From the IMG/VR virus record IMGVR_UViG_3300032605_000010: a stretch of 64,000 nucleotides of DNA; one strand, given 5' to 3'. This DNA comes from a virus (lineage: Duplodnaviria > Heunggongvirae > Uroviricota > Caudoviricetes). The translations under genes were made by a program, and so were the position numbers. The notes beneath the pieces were generated by a model. It was not told the DNA's origin. It worked only from the letters and a program-made list of their open reading frames with translations, and did not search any database. This document shows positions 57,588 to 64,000 of this stretch, one piece after another. The first letter of the stretch is position 1. Every line of letters starts with the position of its first letter.

Positions 57588-57916
57588 TGTCGTAACTGTC
57601 CAATATTTACTGTTTGTTCTTCACCAATCCAATTAATAAAATAATCTGCCTCTTCTATTCTTTCATAATCTCTTGGATAATACACGTGAATAAGAACGCT
57701 TTCATCACGGAATTTTAATAAAGCATTTCTAAATTTTAAAAATTCATTCTTGGGTTTGATTCGGTATTCTGTTTCAGGATGCCAAGTTAAATCTCTACTA
57801 GCAACATCTCTCCAGATACCATTATAAGTATATGTATCATAATATTGAATATCTGCTCCATCTGCCCATGCTTTTATTAAATCACAATGTTTATGTTTCA
57901 TTTTCGTGTTCCTCAA
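57584..57916 (-). CDS. hypothetical protein
   Basis: 110-aa ORF. Confidence 0.4.
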   Translation of the reverse strand: MRNTKMKHKHCDLIKAWADGADIQYYDTYTYNGIWRDVASRDLTWHPETEYRIKPKNEFLKFRNALLKFRDESVLIHVYYPRDYERIEEADYFINWIGEEQTVNIGQLRQ

Positions 57917-58024
57917 TCAAAGGTGAATTTTGGTCTGCTATCCTGTTCATCAATAACATATGATTTATAATATGTTAATAGATCGTTCTTTTCTTCTTCT
58001 AATAATTCAATCATCTTTTAATTC

Positions 58025-58297
58025 CTATTCTATCCAAGTTCTATCTTTTAAGTTTTCAATTTTTGCTATTTCAAAATGATTTAAAATATCCGCCATTGCA
58101 CTTTCCCTAGCTCTTTTATAATCACCAAGACCACTATCACCTAGAGCAATTTTAGCACATTCTTTAACAATCTTTTCAACAAATATATCTAATTCTTTTT
58201 TTGTTAATGTCATATAAAGTGTTCCTGGAGCATCATATACCCATTCTATATGTCTTCCAAGGATATTTGAAAGTATTTCAGCAAATTTAATATTCAT
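58025..58297 (-). CDS. hypothetical protein (FVEKIVKECAKI family)
   Basis: 90-aa ORF. Confidence 0.4.
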   Translation of the reverse strand: MNIKFAEILSNILGRHIEWVYDAPGTLYMTLTKKELDIFVEKIVKECAKIALGDSGLGDYKRARESAMADILNHFEIAKIENLKDRTWIE

Positions 58298-58572
58298 TCT
58301 ACTATATCTCTAAATTTAACATCATTAATATCCAACATTGTAACAGATTTCAACTTACCATCTTTGTCAAAGATATATCGAATATTCAATGGATCATCAA
58401 AATTAGTATATATTTTATTCTTATCAGAAAAATACCAAATACTATCTTCCCAAACAACATCACCATTTACTAGGACAGTAATTTCAGCACTTTTAGGTTC
58501 AACTAAAGATATCTTAGATTTACCATCTTTCTGCTCTTTATACAATTCGTCCAAACTCAAATCTTTGTTCAT
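58294..58572 (-). CDS. hypothetical protein
   Basis: 92-aa ORF. Confidence 0.4.
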   Translation of the reverse strand: MNKDLSLDELYKEQKDGKSKISLVEPKSAEITVLVNGDVVWEDSIWYFSDKNKIYTNFDDPLNIRYIFDKDGKLKSVTMLDINDVKFRDIVE

Positions 58573-58589
58573 TCTTTAACCTCAACTAA

Positions 58590-58769
58590 TTAATCTTTAA
58601 AATCGCCCTTAAACTCAATTGTACCTAATAATATGCTATCGTCTCTGGATACAACCCAATATCCATTTCCCCTAAGTGAAGGTTTAGAGAAATGACCATA
58701 AACTTCACCATCACTATCTGTTGCGATATACTCGATACCACCATCAGGAAGCTTAAGATTCAATTCCAA
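58590..58769 (-). CDS. small hypothetical protein (TTG start, 59 aa)
   Basis: AGGTAGG RBS 8 nt upstream of TTG; fills an otherwise empty 170-bp gap. Confidence 0.25.
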   Translation of the reverse strand: MELNLKLPDGGIEYIATDSDGEVYGHFSKPSLRGNGYWVVSRDDSILLGTIEFKGDFKD

Positions 58770-58965
58770 AATATGTGCCTACCTTCAATATAATTTCATC
58801 TGCTTTTTCTTCAGATAATTCATACTGAATTTCATCATAAACAATTTGTAATGCTTCTTCAATAATCATTAATGCATAATTATTCATCATTAATTTTATG
58901 TCGATTGCATTGCCCAAATTAGCTGATCGCTCTGCTTCCGCTGCAAGTTCTAATAATTTATTCAT
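58753..58965 (-). CDS. hypothetical protein (YFGIE family)
   Basis: 70-aa ORF. Confidence 0.4.
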   Translation of the reverse strand: MNKLLELAAEAERSANLGNAIDIKLMMNNYALMIIEEALQIVYDEIQYELSEEKADEIILKVGTYFGIES

Positions 58966-59272
58966 AATATACTCCTAATTTCATATTTTCCATTATCAAT
59001 TAATATAATTTCATAATTACCTGTATAATTTAATCCATCTATTAACTTTAATACTTTAATGTTTGAATCGGTATACAAGAATAGTTTTCCATATTCTAAT
59101 CTAACACCATAACTCTTTTCTTGCAAGTACTCAAATAATTTTTTCGTGTAGTTTCCTAGGGGAGAGTTGTTTAATCTTTTCTAATAAAAGAAAAATGGAT
59201 AAGGAATCGGACAATCTTACAAAAGATAAAATATATTAGGAGAATTTTTAATAAGAAGAACATAGACATTTT

Positions 59273-59431
59273 CATTTATGTTTAATAGAAAGACAATCTA
59301 TTTCATCATATAATTTATATCTTCCTGCATCAATCTTTTGTTCTAAGACTTTTTCACAGGAAGTTTTATCTTGGAAGTATTGAGTGGTAAGAGTACCGTC
59401 GAACATTAACGCTAATAATACAAAAGTCATT
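59273..59431 (-). CDS. small hypothetical protein (52 aa)
   Basis: ATG at 59431 downstream of promoter 59461-59496. Confidence 0.3.
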
Positions 59432-59460
59432 TTTATCTCTCTTTAGTTTTAATATGACTT

Positions 59461-59496
59461 ATTATAACTAATCTAGCGAAAGATGTCAACCACTTC
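59461..59496 (-). promoter_or_regulatory. early promoter TTGACA-N17-TATAAT
   Basis: Minus strand GTGGTTGACATCTTTCGCTAGATTAGTTATAAT. Confidence 0.6.
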
Positions 59497-59928
59497 TTTT
59501 AATTCAGCATAAAATTCTTTATACCGTTCTTGACGATGTTTATCGATTTCGGTCACAGATACTAATCGACTCAAATCCATATTGTGATGTAGATCAGCCA
59601 TTTTAACAATTACTGCATCTTTGTTCGCTTTTACCTTATCTTTGTATTCCTCATAAGACTCACCATCAACTTTTGTTAATGCAACAATACCTCGTATAAC
59701 CCTCTCAGAAAAACCTAAAGAACGTAATTTCTTTTCTGTAACCATGGTATCTTCTATAAGATCGTGTCCCAGAGCGATGATTTTTAGATCGTCATCTTTC
59801 GTATCCAGAAGTTCCATAACTGCTAAGGGATGAAGATAATAAGGTTTTCCAGATTTATCGACTTGTCCGCGATGAGCTTCTACCATCACCATAATCATTA
59901 ATTCTTTGAAATCTACTTTCGCTTCCAT
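59473..59928 (-). CDS. HD-domain (p)ppGpp hydrolase (SpoT/Mesh1-type small alarmone hydrolase)
   Basis: GKPYYLHPLAVMELL ... IIALGHDLIEDT ... ADLHHNMD match RelA/SpoT hydrolase HD motifs. Confidence 0.65.
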   Translation of the reverse strand: MEAKVDFKELMIMVMVEAHRGQVDKSGKPYYLHPLAVMELLDTKDDDLKIIALGHDLIEDTMVTEKKLRSLGFSERVIRGIVALTKVDGESYEEYKDKVKANKDAVIVKMADLHHNMDLSRLVSVTEIDKHRQERYKEFYAELKEVVDIFR

Positions 59929-60122
59929 AATTCACCTATCCCATGTGCTTTTTCTATTTTTCTAGCATACTCTTTATAAGCAAATACAGATGTTGTGTAT
60001 GTGCAGTCATAAAGATCATCGGTTGCAAGTGTGCTTAGTTCTTCATCACTCAAAGGCTCTCGTTTTGGTGGTGATGTGCGTAAATCCTCATAATAAGAAG
60101 TTATATGATCTTGTTCAGTCAT
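59913..60122 (-). CDS. family-1 small protein ending IEKAHGIGELWKRK
   Basis: PPKREPLSDEEL and IEKAHGIG motifs. Confidence 0.4.
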   Translation of the reverse strand: MTEQDHITSYYEDLRTSPPKREPLSDEELSTLATDDLYDCTYTTSVFAYKEYARKIEKAHGIGELWKRK

Positions 60123-60449
60123 TTATTCTTCACCTCGCAATTCGCTATATTCTTTCTTAAAAATCCACTTAACTCTCGCTACTTCATCGAAATATTGACT
60201 AGTTACCTCACTTTTAATCCACCCGACTTGCGTCCCAATAGATACACCAAAATGAATTGCCCGATCTTCTGTCGTAACAATATCAGGTGTAGCCCACGAA
60301 TACAATTTTATAAAATTAGCTGGATCATTTACATAGATAGAACACGCAAGATCAATAACTCTATTTCTACGGTAAAATCTATTTTTCTCTAACATTAAAG
60401 GGGATAAAAAGTTTATTCTCTCCTTTGCTTCTTCAATATACTTTCTCAT
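60123..60449 (-). CDS. hypothetical protein
   Basis: 108-aa ORF. Confidence 0.4.
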   Translation of the reverse strand: MRKYIEEAKERINFLSPLMLEKNRFYRRNRVIDLACSIYVNDPANFIKLYSWATPDIVTTEDRAIHFGVSIGTQVGWIKSEVTSQYFDEVARVKWIFKKEYSELRGEE

Positions 60450-60658
60450 TATTGATCCTCAACCAATACAGCATACCCAACACGATTTCCATAAAAATCT
60501 TGAATGACTTGTTTGGTATTGCCATGATACAAAAGTTCTTTGGAAACAGATTCTAATATCCTTGCTATTTCACAATGAAGATTGGTATCACATCCTTGAA
60601 ATACGTCATTTTCGCAAGTTATTTCTAATACAAATTTTTTCATTCTACAATTTCCCAT
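60449..60658 (-). CDS. hypothetical protein
   Basis: 69-aa ORF. Confidence 0.4.
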   Translation of the reverse strand: MGNCRMKKFVLEITCENDVFQGCDTNLHCEIARILESVSKELLYHGNTKQVIQDFYGNRVGYAVLVEDQ

Positions 60659-60828
60659 GGCTCAAAACCAGTATGAGAAGACTCAAGGATAAAGATTGGA
60701 ACCCGCTGCCCATGATCGCCTATAATAACAACTAAATCCTCATTAATCACACTTACAACATCATAGACTTTACTGGGTGTTAAATACGCTGGACATAATT
60801 CTTTTTTATCTGTACATTTGATTTTCAT
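60640..60828 (-). CDS. hypothetical protein
   Basis: 62-aa ORF. Confidence 0.35.
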   Translation of the reverse strand: MKIKCTDKKELCPAYLTPSKVYDVVSVINEDLVVIIGDHGQRVPIFILESSHTGFEPWEIVE

Positions 60829-61038
60829 TTAACAACCAGTTATTTGGGTATAGCTTACTGCACTTTGCCATAAACACCAACAATCCATTATATGAGATCC
60901 TGAATTTACGTTCATGTAATTATCTCCTGCATTAAAAAATTCTATTAAAGTTTCTTCGTCCACTAGAGAAATGCATTTACCATAAGATTCAATAAACACT
61001 AATTGATTTTCAGATAAATTAATCATAATTGTACCCAA
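60829..61038 (-). CDS. hypothetical protein
   Basis: 69-aa ORF. Confidence 0.35.
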   Translation of the reverse strand: MGTIMINLSENQLVFIESYGKCISLVDEETLIEFFNAGDNYMNVNSGSHIMDCWCLWQSAVSYTQITGC

Positions 61039-61313
61039 CCAACAGAATCACATAAGAAATCTATACCATCAACTTCTACTACATCACCAACGCTCACAGA
61101 ACGATGAAGTCCATAACTAGCTTCTCTTTCCTCTTGTCTAGAAGGATTGTTGGTAAGGTCAAAAGCTTCCTCAGGATTACTTTTATCAGATTCAAAAGAA
61201 GGAATAACCGAATACGTGTGAAGATAATCTTTAACTAATTTTACTCTATCTTCGGTTTGATAGATATCCATACGAATCCATGGAGGCGATAATTTCACAG
61301 TTAAATCAGTCAT
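61023..61313 (-). CDS. hypothetical protein
   Basis: 96-aa ORF downstream of promoter 61347-61382. Confidence 0.4.
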   Translation of the reverse strand: MTDLTVKLSPPWIRMDIYQTEDRVKLVKDYLHTYSVIPSFESDKSNPEEAFDLTNNPSRQEEREASYGLHRSVSVGDVVEVDGIDFLCDSVGWVQL

Positions 61314-61346
61314 TTTTAAATCTCTCTTAATTAATTAGTATGACTT

Positions 61347-61382
61347 ATTATAACTAAATCAGAATAAAGAATCAAGCACTTG
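61347..61382 (-). promoter_or_regulatory. early promoter TTGATT-N17-TATAAT within conserved cassette
   Basis: Minus strand AAGTGCTTGATTCTTTATTCTGATTTAGTTATAAT. Confidence 0.55.
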
Positions 61383-61399
61383 ATCACTTTTGATTTTCT

Positions 61400-61645
61400 T
61401 CAAACCTTGCAAGCTTCGTCATATTCGCGGCAACGGTCTTCAAAATCCTTTTCCCATGCTTCGAATTCTTTTTGACGCTGTTCTTGCATCGCAGGAGTTA
61501 ATTCGTATGCGATCCAATCTAGGATCGATTCGCGGTCGTTTGACGCGATGTGGCGTGGACGGATTCCGTTTACATCCTTGTACCAGTCGCTGAAGACAGC
61601 GTGTAGGTCTTCTGTGTTCATTGCTTGATAAGTTTCTATTGACAT
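61400..61645 (-). CDS. hypothetical protein encoded in a GC-elevated island
   Basis: 81-aa ORF; local GC clearly above flanks. Confidence 0.45.
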   Translation of the reverse strand: MSIETYQAMNTEDLHAVFSDWYKDVNGIRPRHIASNDRESILDWIAYELTPAMQEQRQKEFEAWEKDFEDRCREYDEACKV

Positions 61646-61851
61646 GTTCTGCTCCTAGTTAGTATGTGTATATTATAGAGTCTTTATTTGCCTTTGTCAA
61701 CCCCTAAATTCCTTTTTTTTTAATTCTTCAAACTTTGCAATCGATTTCGCTGCACGGTTGTTTTCCCATATTCCTAATAAACAGAAAACGATAGTAATTG
61801 CAGGACCGATAATAAGAACAAACAAGAAAAAATAAGTCATCATTTACTCCT

Positions 61852-62013
61852 TAATAAGGTCCTTGTTTGCGAGTGATTGAAATAATGTAGCAGTTAAGAT
61901 CATATACTTTTAATGCCTTTGCTTCTGCATCTGCGAAGTTCTCTGCTTCTAATATGAAAGTTATGTAATCTGGGTAATCATCACAATCTAAAATTACAGT
62001 GTATTCATTCATC
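61852..62013 (-). CDS. small acidic hypothetical protein (53 aa)
   Basis: ATG downstream of promoter 62044-62080. Confidence 0.3.
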
Positions 62014-62043
62014 ACATTTCTCTCTTTTCATTTAGTATGACTT

Positions 62044-62080
62044 ATTATAATAAATCTAATGGAAAGTGTCAAGCACTTTT
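62044..62080 (-). promoter_or_regulatory. early promoter TTGACA-N17-TATAAT (perfect consensus) within conserved cassette
   Basis: Minus strand AAAGTGCTTGACACTTTCCATTAGATTTATTATAAT. Confidence 0.65.
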
Positions 62081-62311
62081 TAATTGTTCTAGTATCTCAG
62101 GAATTCTGTTAAGAGCATATTCTCGTTTGCTGATTATTGACTTTTGTTCTTGGTCTGAGCGTTTACCAGTTTGACTATAAAGCAAATGACACACACTTAA
62201 TTCAAAGTTAAGGGATCGTTTCAACTCTAACATCTCTTTATGCAATTCTCGTTTGTTCATTTTAAATATGATCCCATAATCTTGAATACTTTCGTTCATT
62301 AATAATTTCAA
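62069..62311 (-). CDS. hypothetical protein
   Basis: 80-aa ORF. Confidence 0.4.
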   Translation of the reverse strand: MKLLMNESIQDYGIIFKMNKRELHKEMLELKRSLNFELSVCHLLYSQTGKRSDQEQKSIISKREYALNRIPEILEQLKSA

Positions 62312-62451
62312 AATTTTTTAGATTTCCATCATTATCTAATAATACGTTAACTCCGTAATAAACCCTCATAAACTGTTCATAACTACCAACGTCATCAAGA
62401 AACTTTGATTACCATTCCTTCCAAGTATTAAATACAATTTGTTCGTTCATG

Positions 62452-62649
62452 TTATTCTCCATCCTTATCAAAACATCTGCATTGAAAATCAATATCACCG
62501 ATAGGAGTTCCGTTGTCTTCATAAGATTCTGGCTTAGAATAAAATTCTATTACATTCACATCAAAATCAACTTGCTCAAGTGATATCTCAACATCATACT
62601 TGCCTAGTAATGCTTTTAATTCTTCTTGAAATTGGTCTTGTCTAGTCAT
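62452..62649 (-). CDS. hypothetical acidic protein
   Basis: 65-aa ORF downstream of promoter 62684-62720. Confidence 0.4.
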   Translation of the reverse strand: MTRQDQFQEELKALLGKYDVEISLEQVDFDVNVIEFYSKPESYEDNGTPIGDIDFQCRCFDKDGE

Positions 62650-62683
62650 TTCAAATCTCTCTCTTTATTAATTAGTATGACTT

Positions 62684-62720
62684 ATTATAATAAATCTAAC
62701 GAAAGATGTCAAGCACTTTT
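62684..62720 (-). promoter_or_regulatory. early promoter TTGACA-N17-TATAAT within conserved cassette
   Basis: Minus strand AAAGTGCTTGACATCTTTCGTTAGATTTATTATAAT. Confidence 0.65.
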
Positions 62721-62898
62721 AATCTATTCCAAAAGCAATTTCAGCAAATTTGATATACTTATCTTGAATATCAGCAATACTTTGCCATGCAGATTCACAC
62801 CATTCAATATCCCAACCTTATTCGGTATGTTCATATTCAAACATTTTATAAGCGACTTCTCTTTTTTTGTGTTCATTAATATTTTTAGTCATTTTCAT
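62716..62898 (-). pseudogene. small gene with in-frame TAA (62818-62820) splitting a 26-codon and a 34-codon stop-free segment
   Basis: MKMTKNINEHKKREVAYKMFEYEHTE-TAA-GWDIEWCESAWQSIADIQDKYIKFAEIAFGID; gene end abuts next promoter like intact neighbours. Confidence 0.3.
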
Positions 62899-63109
62899 CT
62901 CTCTTTACGCTGTTAAGACATCATACGGAACTGAAGATAAATCGACATTAACTTCGACAGCACCTTCGCCTTCAAGGAAAAGATACCATCCTTCCGGATG
63001 AACTTCATCTTCACCAGCAAACATTATTCCACCAGTGTGGTAAGAAACTGAACAGCCTTTTAAATCTTCTAATTTTATCAACATTTTATTCTCTCCGGAA
63101 TGGTATATT

Positions 63110-63361
63110 TTAATACAAAAAAACTTTATTTGAGATTAATTTATCTCGATACGATACAATAACATGTTCTTTTATGTTATCCGATTCGGGGACAACAAGA
63201 TACTGCATTTTCTCTAATCCATATTCCCAGAAGACAGTATCGAGCAACATGTTCCAAGTTTTTTCTGAGATACCACCAAATTTGCTTTTTCGTAATTTTA
63301 TTTCTTTGCCTGTCATCATCTTGTCTAAGATAACCTTTGCCGTTGAATATTTCATTTTCAT
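63110..63361 (-). CDS. hypothetical protein
   Basis: 83-aa ORF. Confidence 0.4.
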   Translation of the reverse strand: MKMKYSTAKVILDKMMTGKEIKLRKSKFGGISEKTWNMLLDTVFWEYGLEKMQYLVVPESDNIKEHVIVSYRDKLISNKVFLY

Positions 63362-63386
63362 CTCTCTTTATTAATTAGTATGATTT

Positions 63387-63422
63387 ATTATATCTAATCT
63401 AATGGAAAGAATCAAGCACTTT
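63387..63422 (-). promoter_or_regulatory. early promoter TTGATT-N17-TATAAT within conserved cassette
   Basis: Minus strand AAGTGCTTGATTCTTTCCATTAGATTAGATATAAT. Confidence 0.55.
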
Positions 63423-63430
63423 GCTGTACT

Positions 63431-63649
63431 TTAAAACCTTGGTTTCCCATCAAGAAGTTCTTTTATTTCTTTTGATACAATTTCGTATCCATAACCAACG
63501 TTCTGATCGAATTCACTTCCTTGATACCTTGATTGTATTCTAAGATCAAGTTCGGTAAGATATTGTTCTATCAATTTCACTTTAGTATAATCATTCATCT
63601 TAATACCCATCCCCATATACTTGTTATAAACCTCATAAACTTTAATCAT
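63431..63649 (-). CDS. hypothetical protein
   Basis: 72-aa ORF. Confidence 0.4.
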   Translation of the reverse strand: MIKVYEVYNKYMGMGIKMNDYTKVKLIEQYLTELDLRIQSRYQGSEFDQNVGYGYEIVSKEIKELLDGKPRF

Positions 63650-63681
63650 TGCTTATCTCTCTTAATTTCAAAGTATGATTA

Positions 63682-63717
63682 ATTATACCTTAACGAATAG
63701 AAAGAATCAAGCACTTT
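63682..63717 (-). promoter_or_regulatory. early promoter TTGATT-N17-TATAAT within conserved cassette
   Basis: Minus strand AAGTGCTTGATTCTTTCTATTCGTTAAGGTATAAT. Confidence 0.55.
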
Positions 63718-63748
63718 GTTGAAAGTTTTTTGAAAAGAAAGGACGCGG

Positions 63749-63777
63749 GAAAAAAAGACCGGATGTTTATTCCGGTC
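63749..63777 (-). terminator. rho-independent terminator on minus strand
   Basis: GACCGGA-tgtttat-TCCGGTC hairpin followed on minus strand by T7. Confidence 0.6.
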
Positions 63778-63929
63778 AGATATCACATCAGGAGAGATGT
63801 TAGGATTGAACGATAAACTAGTGGAGAGAGGTCACTGTTAGTTGTTTATCATTCAGTAAAGGAATAGGTTATTTGTTAAATTTCCCGTCTGCAAGAGGAA
63901 ATTATTGCTTCTACAACCAAACACCCTAA

Positions 63930-63957
63930 AAAGCCTTACATGGCTTCCGGAAAAAAA
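63930..63957 (-). terminator. weaker hairpin + T-run on minus strand
   Basis: AAGCC-ttacat-GGCTT followed by TTTTT on minus strand. Confidence 0.3.
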
Positions 63958-64000
63958 ACGGAGGTAAATCATCAACAAGGAGAGAGTCTTTTTAATGATT

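Overview
AT-rich (~32-35% GC) virulent-phage-like window with T4-like hallmarks: a T4 gp30-type DNA ligase, a DexA-like exonuclease, a PNK-like kinase domain, perfect sigma70-type early promoters in conserved cassettes, and TATAAATA late-promoter-like motifs. Layout: (1) bp 1-1250, plus-strand small membrane protein, SPFH/band-7 lipoprotein and a zinc-ribbon ORF; (2) bp 1260-2760, a largely non-coding, repeat-dense stretch with a G-depleted tract carrying a Seg-like GIY-YIG ORF, four tandem-repeat arrays (including ~31 phased 10-bp units) and palindromic sites; (3) bp 2760-15500, tail-fibre module on both strands (a 916-aa fibre with ~20-residue periodicity, fibres with C1q/TNF-like C-terminal domains, and a fibre with a peptidase-S74 intramolecular-chaperone domain); (4) bp 15500-19260, an IS200/IS605 element (tnpA+tnpB) inserted in-frame into a phage gene, then a GH19 endolysin and a signal-peptide Endonuclease_NS nuclease; (5) bp 19300-63700, a long minus-strand array of ~100 mostly small genes in which the right half is a T4 hyperplastic-region-like block with paralogue families. 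Recognisable products in that array include a bacterial-type groES-groEL, dexA, a DNA ligase, a DUF932-like protein, a class-3 lipase with a secreted partner, a GT4 glycosyltransferase, a metallophosphoesterase, homing-endonuclease genes and remnants, a GT-A glycosyltransferase with a glycine-rich protein, two PNK-like kinases, an Lpp-like lipoprotein, a 2OG-Fe(II) oxygenase, two tandem MORN/YD-like repeat proteins and a SpoT-type HD (p)ppGpp hydrolase. No rRNA, tRNA or CRISPR was found. All calls rest on reading the six-frame ORF track and motifs by eye; no database search was possible.
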